64,000 nucleotides of DNA from an uncultured bacterium (GTDB taxonomy: Bacteria; Verrucomicrobiota; Verrucomicrobiia; Verrucomicrobiales; DEV007), in assembly GCA_963977015.1 (NCBI GenBank), contig CAXBMO010000001.1:480001-544000 (forward strand). The letters run 5' to 3'. The stretch's first letter is position 1. The number at the start of each line of letters is the position of its first letter. Of this stretch, positions 39,667 to 49,531 are shown piece by piece. The translations under genes and the position numbers were made by a program. The notes under the pieces are model-generated. The model did no database searches. It worked only from the letters and a program-made list of their open reading frames with translations, and was not told where the DNA came from.

Positions 39667-42506
39667 CGATCGTCGTCCTGCTCGATCAATTCGCGGAATC
39701 GCGTGTAAAGGTAGCCAATCACGAGCAGCAAGATCGCGATCGCAGCGAAGGCGATGATTCGATAAAACGTGTCTTGCAGATCGACAACAAAGACCCGGAT
39801 GATGCAGAACAGCAGGGTGGAAAGTCCAACCGCGCGATAGGCGCGGCGGCGGAGGGCGAGTCCTCCCACAAAGATCGAGATTCCCGTGAGGCCCCACAGC
39901 GCGGTCGCGATGGGGAACGCGGCCGTGTCCGGCCAGGCAAAGGTCGGCAGCAGGATCAACGACGTGAAAATCGGGTAGCCCCAATGCGCCAATCGACGCG
40001 TCGATTCGTTGGTGAAATGGGTTTTGGACGCCGAGGCGATGATCAATCCGCTGACGAGGATGCCAAGTCCAAAAATGACGTAGTGGAAAAATCCGGTGGT
40101 CGTGGGAGTTAGGAATTGGACGTTTCGGGCCAGCAGGAGATTGAAGAACCCAAGAATGGAAATCAGGATCGCGGCCCAGATGGCTGGTTTGAATCGTCCG
40201 CAACGCCAGAGCGCGACCAGGCTGAGTTGAATTGGGGCGAACACCAGGAGATGCCACGAAGGAACGTTTGCAGTTCCTCCTCCGCCCATCACCCAGCCCA
40301 GATAGGTGCTCAGCAATACCGCATTGGCAACTGTCGGAACAAAGTCACGCGTTCGAATCGCGGCGAGGAGAACCATTATTCCTGCGATGGCGAATGCGAG
40401 GTCGAGAATTGCGGGAACTGATTCGGGAACGAAACGAGCCACCGGGAGTGCCAACGCGATTCCAAGGCACAGGGCAACAGCGATGCGAAGTTCAACCCGA
40501 TCGCGATCTCCCCAATGGTGAGCGACCAGCAGTGAACCTGCAATGGCAGCCCATCCCGCGTAGGAAATGAGGGCCATGCCGATCGGTCCGGGATCGAGTC
40601 TTCCCCACGCGGAGAGAAAGCATCCAAGGATGAAGGTCGAGAAGAGGATGGCACAGAAGCGATAAATTCCCGGCGCGATGGAGTCCGGGCTCAAGTTCCT
40701 GCGGACGAATTCTGCGGCGAGAACCCCGCCGGCAAGAAGCAAGAATCCCGACAACAAACCAGGCGCCGCCAAGGCTGTGCCTGGTTCGAGTTTGGAAAAG
40801 TAGATCGCCAGGACGACGAGGCCTGCGCTGCTTATCAGGCAGGGAATCCAGGAGCGAAGGGCGATGGAAAGAACGGCGACCGAGGAGACAACGCCGATCA
40901 GAATGAGGAGCGCCCAAGGGAGTTGGTGAAGACCTGCATAGAGCAAACCAAGCTGAATTCCCGCCAATCCCGCCAAGACCGAGATCCAACGGCGACGCTT
41001 CGCGCCAGCGGATGCCCAACGTTGATAGAGCGACAGGGTGGAGGTCTGGATCAGAACAAAGCCAAACCCGGCAAGTCGATCAAGATGGAATCCTCGCGCG
41101 AAACTCCAGTCTCGGAAGGCGAGGACACAGGCGGCAAGCCAGAGAAGAATCAGGGCTCGCTCAATCCACACGGATTGGGTGCGATGAAGCGTGTAGAGGA
41201 GAATTCCAGCTTGAAGCGCAACCGCGAACCATTCCGTCGGTCCCTCAAATGCCACGATCGCGAAAAGGGTGAACGCGGTGATGGCTTTGAGGAAGAGCGT
41301 CGTGCCGAGATAGACCAGACGCGGCTTCAGGAATTCCAACCCAGACAGGGTCAGGGCGACGATGCCGATCATGAGATAGAACCATTTGAGGGCATCTGGG
41401 TAGAGCGTCAGGAAGGCGACGAATCCCACCAGCGTGGCGACTGAGCTATTGGTGAGAATGCCAGCTGCGCGTTGGTTCCCGACCAGCGGTCTGCGCACGA
41501 GATGAGTCACATGGAACGCGGCATGGAAGATGCCCAGCAGGTTGAGCAAGCCCGATGCTGGAACCAGGATGCTGGGCGGAATCTCACTCCAACGCGTCAG
41601 AACCAGGAGCAGATAACCCGAGTAGCTTCCGATCATCGCAATGGTGAGCGTCGACAGCCATTGGGCGCGCAAGAACAGCAACGCCGCGACCACCGCAAAA
41701 AAGAGCAATCCGGCCAGCGTGAACGAATAGAGATCGTGGGCATGACTGAACCAGCAGCTCACAAACCCCAGGAGCATGGCCAGAGACGCGACCGGTTCGG
41801 AATGCTTCCAGACCGCGAAGAATCCCATGATTGCGACACCGAGGAACTGGAGTCCTAACCCCAATGTTGGTGATTCGATGACACGAAGTGGCTCAAAGGA
41901 ATAGGCCGCGAAAGCTGCCACATAAAGGATCGCCAGTCCTCCCGCAGCGAGAACCTGGCCGAACGCCGCGACGCTCTTTTCTAACTTTAATCCGACGAGG
42001 AACGTGATGATTCCGACCGATACCAATCCGAGAAGACGAACGAGGGGAGGGGTGTTTTCACTGACATGGACTCCAAAAAAGACCGCGGCGATGACGCCGA
42101 GAACGATGCCAATTCTGGTCGCCCACCACGAGGCAATCTGGACTTCTGAGGTTCCTTCCCCTTCGGGAGGCAGGAGATGGAGTTTGCGAAGGGTCGAGGC
42201 GCGAACCATCGGCTCTTTCCCTTTTGGAGCCACCGCCTGAGAGGGCGGGATACGAGATGCCTTGGATTCCACCGGTTCAGGGCCGGGAGAATGGACGGAT
42301 GAAGGGAGCGGTGGCGGCGTCGGGTGAGCTTCAGCTTCCGGTGCTGGGGGATGTCTCGCTTTGTCGAAGGCGGCTTTCTGGGACGGTTCCTCCGGCCGCC
42401 GGGTTTCGAGTCGCGCGATTCGTTCTTCCAGTTGTCCCAATCGCCGCAGTGCCGAGAAGGCGATGAGCAAAGCAATGATCGCGACCAACAGAAGAAATCC
42501 CATCAT
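39663..42506 (-). CDS. DUF2339-family large membrane protein
   Basis: LEERIARLE, Pro-rich linker, EVQIASWWATRIG, many TM helices, FYRIIAF...IGYLY. Confidence 0.82.
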   Translation of the reverse strand: MMGFLLLVAIIALLIAFSALRRLGQLEERIARLETRRPEEPSQKAAFDKARHPPAPEAEAHPTPPPLPSSVHSPGPEPVESKASRIPPSQAVAPKGKEPMVRASTLRKLHLLPPEGEGTSEVQIASWWATRIGIVLGVIAAVFFGVHVSENTPPLVRLLGLVSVGIITFLVGLKLEKSVAAFGQVLAAGGLAILYVAAFAAYSFEPLRVIESPTLGLGLQFLGVAIMGFFAVWKHSEPVASLAMLLGFVSCWFSHAHDLYSFTLAGLLFFAVVAALLFLRAQWLSTLTIAMIGSYSGYLLLVLTRWSEIPPSILVPASGLLNLLGIFHAAFHVTHLVRRPLVGNQRAAGILTNSSVATLVGFVAFLTLYPDALKWFYLMIGIVALTLSGLEFLKPRLVYLGTTLFLKAITAFTLFAIVAFEGPTEWFAVALQAGILLYTLHRTQSVWIERALILLWLAACVLAFRDWSFARGFHLDRLAGFGFVLIQTSTLSLYQRWASAGAKRRRWISVLAGLAGIQLGLLYAGLHQLPWALLILIGVVSSVAVLSIALRSWIPCLISSAGLVVLAIYFSKLEPGTALAAPGLLSGFLLLAGGVLAAEFVRRNLSPDSIAPGIYRFCAILFSTFILGCFLSAWGRLDPGPIGMALISYAGWAAIAGSLLVAHHWGDRDRVELRIAVALCLGIALALPVARFVPESVPAILDLAFAIAGIMVLLAAIRTRDFVPTVANAVLLSTYLGWVMGGGGTANVPSWHLLVFAPIQLSLVALWRCGRFKPAIWAAILISILGFFNLLLARNVQFLTPTTTGFFHYVIFGLGILVSGLIIASASKTHFTNESTRRLAHWGYPIFTSLILLPTFAWPDTAAFPIATALWGLTGISIFVGGLALRRRAYRAVGLSTLLFCIIRVFVVDLQDTFYRIIAFAAIAILLLVIGYLYTRFRELIEQDDDR

Positions 42507-42560
42507 GACCGGTTCTTGGTTCGTCTGGGATTGGCAAACGGGGTTGGCACGATGAACGGC

Positions 42561-42941
42561 TCAGGGAGTGGGAACCTCGAAGCGGATCGAGTGGTCGCGT
42601 TTGAACATCCATCCACCTTCCTTTCCATCCGGTCCGAGCGTCTTGATCTCAACGACCCCGTTTCCGATCTTCGTATAAACCAGCGGGGTTCCGATGCGGT
42701 CGCTGGGAATGGACTCGGCATGGCCTGCTGCAACCACCGCTTCCAGATTTGGTGGGAGTTCTCCTTTTTCCTCGTAGTAGGACAGCACCGCGGTTTTTGC
42801 GAGTTCCAATCGTTGCTTGGTATCCTTCTGCGGGGCCTCAAGGTTTCGGGCAAACCAAGCTGCCGCAATCACGACGACCGCGAGAGCAGCGACGATGATG
42901 AGATTCCGTTTTGGGATTGGAGCGGTGGAGGAGCTGGACAT
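42561..42941 (-). CDS. GspG-like pseudopilin-domain protein
   Basis: TM helix, YYEEKGELP..L, D..GTPLVY, TLGPDGKEGG. Confidence 0.65.
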   Translation of the reverse strand: MSSSSTAPIPKRNLIIVAALAVVVIAAAWFARNLEAPQKDTKQRLELAKTAVLSYYEEKGELPPNLEAVVAAGHAESIPSDRIGTPLVYTKIGNGVVEIKTLGPDGKEGGWMFKRDHSIRFEVPTP

Positions 42942-43168
42942 AGGTTCTTGAATCTTTGCGGGAGGAAGCCAAGAAGGCAAGTTCGGAAAGTCTCAATGAT
43001 TCCGCGCTGACAGCAATGGCGACCGGGCTCAGAATTGCATTCCCGGGATCTTCAGTCGCAAACACCAGGGGGCAGCGTGGTTCCTGCGGGAACGAAGTTT
43101 CCTTCCTTTTTCAGGAACAGATGAGTCGAAAATCGTGGGTTGGGTCGCCAAACTGGCAAATCCAAGCT

Positions 43169-44227
43169 TCAAACCGCCTGGCTGGGATCCGCGCCGCCGA
43201 AGTTTTCGCGGGGAGCCTCCAGCGCGGGAATTCCCTTGTCATCCAGGTAGCTGGCCAAAAGTTCTTCGCACTGGCGAATTTGAGCTTCCCGCTGCTTCCG
43301 GGCCCGGCCGGCAATCTGCGAGAGTGAATCGATCGGGTAGAGGTAAACGTCGGCCAGTTCTGCGACCTCAGGTTCAACATCCCGGGGAACGGCGATGTCG
43401 ATGATGATGAGCGGTCTTCCGCGGCGCAGTCGCATGGCGTCGCTGACGGCATCCGGCTTCATGATGGTATGTGGCGCTGAAGTCGAGGCGATCACGATAT
43501 CGGTTTCCGTGATTTTCGACTCCCAGTCATCAAACCGGATCGCCTCTCCGCCGATCTCCCCGGCCAATTCCTCAGCCCGGTCAAAGGAACGGTTCGAGAC
43601 GATCACGCTCTTGGCTCCCCGGGAAAGGAGGCTTTGCGCGACCGTTCGGCTCATGTCTCCGGCACCAATCAGCATGACGTGGCAACGCTTCAGTTCTCCG
43701 AACACCTTTTCTGCCAAATCCACCGCAACTGACCCGACCGAAGTGGAGCCGCGTTGGATCTGAGTGTGATTTCGGATGTATTTGCCGACCGAAAAGGACT
43801 GTTGAAAGAGCTTGTTGAGCGTTCTGGAGGTCGTTCCGACGCTTTGCGCGGAAGCGTAGGCCTTCTTGATCTGGCCAAAAATCTCTGTTTCCCCGAGCAC
43901 CATGGATTCGAGCCCACTGGCAACTCGAAAAAGGTGAAGCGCGCTGTCGCGGTCGGATTTTCGGAAAAACGGGAGTTCCAGATCGGAATCCAAGCCAAAA
44001 TGATTGCGCAGATACGACTCCAGAATGTCCAAACCACGTCCTGCGTGGTCGGCGACCGCATAAGTCTCGACCCGGTTGCAGGTGCTGAGAACAACAACTT
44101 CCCGAATTCCGTTCGTGGATGCGATTTCGCCCAAAGCATTGGGGAGATCACTCTCAGAAAACGCCATCCGTTCCCGAACTTCGACGGGAGCGGTTTGGTG
44201 GCTGATTCCGAGGCAAATGAGATTCAT
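43169..44227 (-). CDS. hemA: Glutamyl-tRNA reductase (short form)
   Basis: SHQTAPVEVRE, STCNRVE, GLESMVLGE, GAGDM, DIAVPRD. Confidence 0.93.
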   Translation of the reverse strand: MNLICLGISHQTAPVEVRERMAFSESDLPNALGEIASTNGIREVVVLSTCNRVETYAVADHAGRGLDILESYLRNHFGLDSDLELPFFRKSDRDSALHLFRVASGLESMVLGETEIFGQIKKAYASAQSVGTTSRTLNKLFQQSFSVGKYIRNHTQIQRGSTSVGSVAVDLAEKVFGELKRCHVMLIGAGDMSRTVAQSLLSRGAKSVIVSNRSFDRAEELAGEIGGEAIRFDDWESKITETDIVIASTSAPHTIMKPDAVSDAMRLRRGRPLIIIDIAVPRDVEPEVAELADVYLYPIDSLSQIAGRARKQREAQIRQCEELLASYLDDKGIPALEAPRENFGGADPSQAV

Positions 44228-44278
44228 GGGTGACTCTTGGTGAGTTCGTAGAGGCTTTCGTTCAATCGTTTGGATTCA

Positions 44279-45052
44279 TCAGTGATCCAGCATCATGAGG
44301 GTAACGATGGGGAGAACAAACGCGCCCACGGTGAGGCGAGCGGACAACCGGGAAGACAATCCACGGGTAAGACGCAGCCCAATCAAAACCGCGTAAGCCG
44401 CCCAAACACAGACCGAAAGAACGAGGTGGATGCCGGATGGGGGCGTTTTGGTCCCAAAACCGCTGGCGATCCCGATAGTTAACAAAACGAGCCCGATTCC
44501 GACCAGGCGGGTGATGGCTTTGGAAAGATTCGTGACCGGCGGCAGGTTGTAACTCAAGTCCTGAAGCTTGGCGCGCTTCAACAATCCGTCCTGGACGAGG
44601 AACATCACGCCGGCAATGCAGGAGAGCGCAAAGGCCCCATAGGCGAGAAGCGACACCGAGGCGTGCATTTCGAGCCAGTAATCGTCCGCAGGGCGGCGTT
44701 CGGGGACTTCCCGAAGGAAGGGGAGGGATACGAGTTGGAAAAAAGAGACCAAGGGAGCGGTAAACGCGCCCATTAATGACAGGCGAAAGGTTCGTCCCAG
44801 CAGGAAATAGAGCAAAACCGCGCTCCAACTGACGAAAACGAGGATCTCAAAGGGATTGGTGATGGGACAACGGCCCACGGCCTGGCCCCGTTCGCCCAGA
44901 AACAGGCATTGGGCGATGAATCCGGCCGCCATGATGCAGAGATTGAGGAGCGAGGGATGATACCGGCCCGTACGCAAAGAGATGGCCACATAGGCGAAGC
45001 CGCCTAGAAAGCAGAGCGTTGAAATCAGGAGCCAATTCCATCCGGTTTCCAT
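44279..45052 (-). CDS. CcsA/HemX-like cytochrome c assembly family membrane protein
   Basis: About 8 TM, P..NPFE, WLEMHASVSLLAY, MFLVQD..LK; directly upstream of hemA. Confidence 0.8.
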   Translation of the reverse strand: METGWNWLLISTLCFLGGFAYVAISLRTGRYHPSLLNLCIMAAGFIAQCLFLGERGQAVGRCPITNPFEILVFVSWSAVLLYFLLGRTFRLSLMGAFTAPLVSFFQLVSLPFLREVPERRPADDYWLEMHASVSLLAYGAFALSCIAGVMFLVQDGLLKRAKLQDLSYNLPPVTNLSKAITRLVGIGLVLLTIGIASGFGTKTPPSGIHLVLSVCVWAAYAVLIGLRLTRGLSSRLSARLTVGAFVLPIVTLMMLDH

Positions 45053-45168
45053 GAAGCGCTACTCTACCCCGGCTTCCTCTGGAGCCAAGAAACGTTTTAT
45101 CCCTTCATCAATCGGTTCCCAAGCCAGGAATCACGACGGCTTCGATTCGTTTTTGATGGGATGGAGTG

Positions 45169-45204
45169 GGGGCGGAAAGCAGGGATGGCCCCGCTTTCCG
45201 CCCC
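45169..45204. other. GC-rich hairpin after the His-rich OMP gene
   Basis: ggggcggaaagc...gctttccgcccc 12 bp arms; no T-tract on the coding strand. Confidence 0.55.
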
Positions 45205-45211
45205 GTGGCGC

Positions 45212-46480
45212 TCAATGATGGTGGTGCGCGCCACCGTGGCCGCCCCACATCACCTGAAATTGCAACCAAGCGGCGTGCTCTTCACCCAAGGAATCGCTGG
45301 TGTTGTAATCATACTGCAGCCGAGTCTTGATCCGCTGATTCTTATCCAGGAAAAACGTGAGCGCGGGCGAGATTCGATGGCGGTCTTCGAGTTCGAGCTC
45401 GTCCAGATCCGACACCCAATCGTGCCGAATGGAAAGCGTTGTGGTTTCGCCCAGGCCGTAAAACAGCCCGGTGGAGAAACCGTAGTCGTTCGCGTCGAAG
45501 CGTTCGCCGTCTTCATCTTCGATCCCAATGTGCCGGCCCATGAACTCACTGCGCAGCATGACGGCGCCCTCGCAGAACTCCGGACCATCGCCGTGGTCGT
45601 GCGCACCCCAAATCTTTTCCAACCCCGCGCCGTAAACCCAGGTTTGGCGGCCAAACCCGTTTTCGCCGGTCGCGAACGAGGTCAGGAGCGTCGCGCTTTC
45701 GTCGAAGGGAAGCCCCATCCGCCAGTCGAAACTGACGACGTAGTCGCTGAAATTGGCATCGTCGGCTTCGAGGTGGTGTTCTTCGCCTTCGTGTTCGTCA
45801 TGATCGTCCTCATCGTGATGGCCGATTTCCATTTCGTGGTCGTGCTCTTCTTCCTCGTGGCCATGTTCGTCGCCCTCCTCATGGGCGTGGGCATGCGTCC
45901 GGACGCCGCCGCCTCCAATCGTGATCACGCTGCGCCAATCTGGCAAGGTCAGGACCATTTCAGCACCTTGGGTGATCAACTCGCCCTCATTCAACATCCT
46001 GCTATTGAGTAAATTTTGATTCACGAAGTCCCATCCATGCACGTGTTTGTCTGACTGAAACCCCACGCGATTCAGAAACTGTCCACCGCCCACGGCGAGC
46101 CAATCGTTGAGATGATAATGGAGGTAGGCTTCCTCCAATGCGGCCTCCCATTCGTCGTTGCCCTGGAATCCCGCACCGTAAACTGCGCCAGTGATGACAT
46201 CTTTGTAATTGATGTCGAGGTGGACTTCGAGGACTTGGATTCCAAAGTCATTCTGCGGATCGTGCTCCGTCGTCGCGAGGTCAGCGGCACCAATTCCGTC
46301 TCCGAAAACGCCTCCGGTTGGGACGACGAAGATCTCCGGCGAAATGATGCCCGCCAGGTTCGCGCCTTCGCCCGTGATCGGGTTGAATTGGGCATTGTAT
46401 TCGAAAACCTCTTCCTCTTCGGCATGTAAACCTGAAATGGACAGGGCGAGAGAGGCGATCAATAAAAGTAAGCGTTTCAT
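45212..46480 (-). CDS. His-rich outer-membrane beta-barrel protein, probable Zn uptake
   Basis: Signal peptide, LEEAY, HVHGWDFVNQ, 13 His in a 41 aa acidic loop, RLQYDY, C-terminus WLQFQVMWGGHGGAHHHH. Confidence 0.75.
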   Translation of the reverse strand: MKRLLLLIASLALSISGLHAEEEEVFEYNAQFNPITGEGANLAGIISPEIFVVPTGGVFGDGIGAADLATTEHDPQNDFGIQVLEVHLDINYKDVITGAVYGAGFQGNDEWEAALEEAYLHYHLNDWLAVGGGQFLNRVGFQSDKHVHGWDFVNQNLLNSRMLNEGELITQGAEMVLTLPDWRSVITIGGGGVRTHAHAHEEGDEHGHEEEEHDHEMEIGHHDEDDHDEHEGEEHHLEADDANFSDYVVSFDWRMGLPFDESATLLTSFATGENGFGRQTWVYGAGLEKIWGAHDHGDGPEFCEGAVMLRSEFMGRHIGIEDEDGERFDANDYGFSTGLFYGLGETTTLSIRHDWVSDLDELELEDRHRISPALTFFLDKNQRIKTRLQYDYNTSDSLGEEHAAWLQFQVMWGGHGGAHHHH

Positions 46481-46491
46481 GTGTGATGGAA

Positions 46492-46571
46492 TATTAATGC
46501 AATTCGATTGCATTAATAACTCTCCTCTTGATTGTGCAAGCAGTTTGCGTTAAAAATGCAAAAATATTGCA
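46492..46571. promoter_or_regulatory. Three TGCAA-N5-TTGCA/G boxes, putative Zur-type operators
   Basis: Perfect 12-3-12 inverted repeat tattaatgcaat-tcg-attgcattaata (46492-46518); tgcaa-gcagt-ttgcg (46535-46549); tgcaa-aaata-ttgca (46557-46571). Confidence 0.7.
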
Positions 46572-46587
46572 ACAAACACTAATTCGC

Positions 46588-46917
46588 ATGAAGTCATTCC
46601 CATCCGTTTCTCTCCTTTTCGTCCTCGGCCTCCTGCTGACAATCTTACCACCGTCCGTTCACGCTGAGCCTGAAGGCGTGACTTACTTGGGATTGCTTAG
46701 CGGCGTTGAATGCACCGGATGCAAGCGCACCATTTCCCGGTCGCTCGCGAAAATGGAAGGCGTCAAGACCATCCGCATCGTGAAAAAAGGCAAATCCAAT
46801 CACCGACTCGAAGTCGTCACAGACGGTTCGCATGAAATCACCAAGAGCGATGCCGAAACCGCGCTGAAGAACGCCGATCACTACAAGATCCTGACTTGGG
46901 CCAAATCCAACTCGTAG
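46588..46917 (+). CDS. Exported heavy-metal-associated (HMA) domain protein
   Basis: Signal peptide ending VHA; GVECTGCKRTI..SLAKMEGV. Confidence 0.78.
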   Translation: MKSFPSVSLLFVLGLLLTILPPSVHAEPEGVTYLGLLSGVECTGCKRTISRSLAKMEGVKTIRIVKKGKSNHRLEVVTDGSHEITKSDAETALKNADHYKILTWAKSNS

Positions 46918-46985
46918 CGGAAGAGGCCAAATCTTCCCATTGCTCGCCCTCCGGCGGAATTTTTTGCAGATCCCGCTACGTCGAA

Positions 46986-47906
46986 ATGAAAGCGCTAATC
47001 CCACTCGCCCTGTCCGCTCTCCTCTACTCCGGATGCTCGGAATCGGATGCTGACACTCAATCGCCCGCAACGCAATTGACCAAGCCCATTGTCTACGTTC
47101 CGGTTCCTCCCTACGAATTCGTCTTCGAGCGCCTCGCGGGCAACCTCATCGATCTCCGCGTCATCGTCGGGCCGGGCGACGATCCGCACTCCTACTCACC
47201 CACTCCGAGACAAGTGGCCGACATGGCCAAGGCGAACCTGCTTTGCTCCGGAGAACTGGGATTTGAAGGGAATTACTTCGTTGCGCTCGGTGACGGCACC
47301 GACGGGCCCAAGGAATTGAACCTGCTTGCCGGGCTCGAATTGCTGGAGGGCCACTGCGATCACCCCAGTCACCAAACCGAGACCACGGAAGACGATCACG
47401 GTCATGATCACGAGGAGTTGAACGATCCGCACGTCTGGCTCTCGCCGCGGGCTCTGATGGTTCAGTCCGAACGCATCGCCACCGAACTCAAGGCCGTTCT
47501 CCCCGCAGAAGGTGCCGCCGAGATCGACGCCAATCTGGCCGGTTTTAAGGAAGAACTTGGGGCACTTCACGAAGAGTTATCGGCTCAATTAGCCCGTTAC
47601 AAGGGGCAGAAATTTTACGTTTATCACGGTGCCTTCGCCTACTTTGCGCGCGACTACGGCTTGGAGCAGGTTGCGATTGAGCTCGGCAACCGCAGCCCGA
47701 CCCCCAAGCAGTTGGCGGACATTGCGAAGCAGGCCAAGGCCGAAGACGTGAAGCTCGTATTCGTACAACCGCAATTCGACGAAACCAGCGCCGCCGCGCT
47801 TGCCGAATCCATCGGCGGAAATGTTGCCCCGCTCGATCCCTTGGAAAAAGACGTGATCGCCAACTTGCGTTCTCTCGCCAAAACGATTACGGGCCGCGGG
47901 GAATGA
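46986..47906 (+). CDS. znuA: Zn ABC transporter substrate-binding lipoprotein
   Basis: Lipobox YSGC, DPHSYSP, His-rich loop, DPHVWLSP, YHGAFAYF. Confidence 0.85.
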   Translation: MKALIPLALSALLYSGCSESDADTQSPATQLTKPIVYVPVPPYEFVFERLAGNLIDLRVIVGPGDDPHSYSPTPRQVADMAKANLLCSGELGFEGNYFVALGDGTDGPKELNLLAGLELLEGHCDHPSHQTETTEDDHGHDHEELNDPHVWLSPRALMVQSERIATELKAVLPAEGAAEIDANLAGFKEELGALHEELSAQLARYKGQKFYVYHGAFAYFARDYGLEQVAIELGNRSPTPKQLADIAKQAKAEDVKLVFVQPQFDETSAAALAESIGGNVAPLDPLEKDVIANLRSLAKTITGRGE

Positions 47907-48661
47907 ACGTCGTCTCCTGCAGCAACCTTTCGTTTGGTTATGGCAAAGCCAGGGTGCTCGACAACGTCTCATTCGAAGTCGCCGAGGGCGAATCGCTTGC
48001 GATCATCGGCCCCAACGGAGGCGGAAAGTCGACCTTGCTCAAACTCTTGCTCGGTCTCGAAACGCCCGAGAGCGGCACGCTTGAAGTGTTAGGCAATCCC
48101 GCGGGCCGCAGCCGTCGAAAGTTGGGCTACGTACCGCAGGCGATGCGTTACGATCCGCACTATCCCATTTCCACGCTCGACATCGTGTTGATGGGACGGC
48201 TCGACCGGCTTGGAGTTGGCTTATTTTCGAAGAAATGCCGCGCGGTGGCGGAAGAGGCACTCAGCTCGGTTCACCTCGGCGGTTTCGAAAAACGCCCCTT
48301 TTCCTCACTATCAGGCGGCGAACGCCAACGCGTCATGATCGCCCGCGCCCTCGCCTGCGAGCCCGAAATGCTCCTCCTCGATGAACCGACTGCGAACATT
48401 GACCTTTCGGTCGAGGAGCAATTTATCGAGACGCTCGCCGCCTTGCGCCAAAGCATGACCATCCTCCTGGTAACGCACGACCTGGAACTCGTCTCCGAAC
48501 TGGGCGACTCCGTTCTGTGTGTCAACCGCCGCATCCACCGGCACGCACTGCCGCTCAGTGGCGACACGATTCGCGAAATCTACAGCGGAAGCCGCCGAGT
48601 CGAACACGACCGCCAGACCCGGCACCGTCATGGTGATCATTCCGCCTGCGCTCATGACTGA
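47903..48661 (+). CDS. znuC: Metal ABC transporter ATPase
   Basis: GPNGGGKST, GYVPQ, LSGGE, LDEPT, His-rich tail. Confidence 0.85.
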   Translation: MNVVSCSNLSFGYGKARVLDNVSFEVAEGESLAIIGPNGGGKSTLLKLLLGLETPESGTLEVLGNPAGRSRRKLGYVPQAMRYDPHYPISTLDIVLMGRLDRLGVGLFSKKCRAVAEEALSSVHLGGFEKRPFSSLSGGERQRVMIARALACEPEMLLLDEPTANIDLSVEEQFIETLAALRQSMTILLVTHDLELVSELGDSVLCVNRRIHRHALPLSGDTIREIYSGSRRVEHDRQTRHRHGDHSACAHD

Positions 48662-49487
48662 GTTTTTCGAAACCATCCGGGACGTTCCCGTAATTCGCTA
48701 TGCCCTGCTGGCTGGAATCGTTGCCAGCCCCATTTTTGGGGTTGTAGGGACGTTTGTCGTCACCCGGCGGATCGGTTACATCGCTGCGGCGATCGCCCAC
48801 AGCATCCTGGGTGGAATCGGTGCCGCGATCTATTTCAATCGCGCCCACGACATCACTTGGCTAACTCCGATGCTTGGTGCGATTTTCGCGTCGATCATTT
48901 CGGCACTCGTGATCGGCTGGGTTAGTCTGAAATTTCGCGAACGCGAGGATACCATCATCTCCGCGATTTGGGCCGGGGGAATGGCCGTCGGATTGTTGTT
49001 CCTCTTTCACACCCCCGGAAAGGGCGTCAATCTGGAGAGCTACATCTTCGGCAACATCTTGCTCACGTCCAAAAGTGACGTCATCGCCACCTGTGTCCTG
49101 GGGGCCATCGTGTTAATTGTGGTCGGTTTGTTTTATCACAAGCTCGTCGCGGTCTGCTTCGACGAAGAATTTGTTCGGCTGCGGGATGTTTCCTCCGCGT
49201 TTTACTACCTGCTTCTCCTCGTCCTCACCGGCATTTGTATGGTGCTGCTGGTCCGGGTCGCCGGCATTGTCCTGTCGTTGGCGCTCATCATCCTTCCCGC
49301 CGCGACCGCGTGCCGATTTGCCCGGCGGATGTGGGCAATCATGCTGACCGCGATTGGGCTATCGATGATTTACAACGCGGGCGGATTGATCGTGAGCTAC
49401 CAACTCGATCAACCGACCGGACCATTCATCGTGGTCTCGGCGAGCGCGGTATATGGACTTTCGTTCTTCTACAGGCGGTTGAAATGA
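48654..49487 (+). CDS. znuB: Metal ABC transporter permease
   Basis: AIAHSILGG, EDT, YIFGNIL, FDEEF, PTGP. Confidence 0.85.
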   Translation: MTEFFETIRDVPVIRYALLAGIVASPIFGVVGTFVVTRRIGYIAAAIAHSILGGIGAAIYFNRAHDITWLTPMLGAIFASIISALVIGWVSLKFREREDTIISAIWAGGMAVGLLFLFHTPGKGVNLESYIFGNILLTSKSDVIATCVLGAIVLIVVGLFYHKLVAVCFDEEFVRLRDVSSAFYYLLLLVLTGICMVLLVRVAGIVLSLALIILPAATACRFARRMWAIMLTAIGLSMIYNAGGLIVSYQLDQPTGPFIVVSASAVYGLSFFYRRLK

Positions 49488-49531
49488 ACGCTCCGGATTT
49501 CAGCCCGGTGAGAGCCAATCCCGGAAACCGG

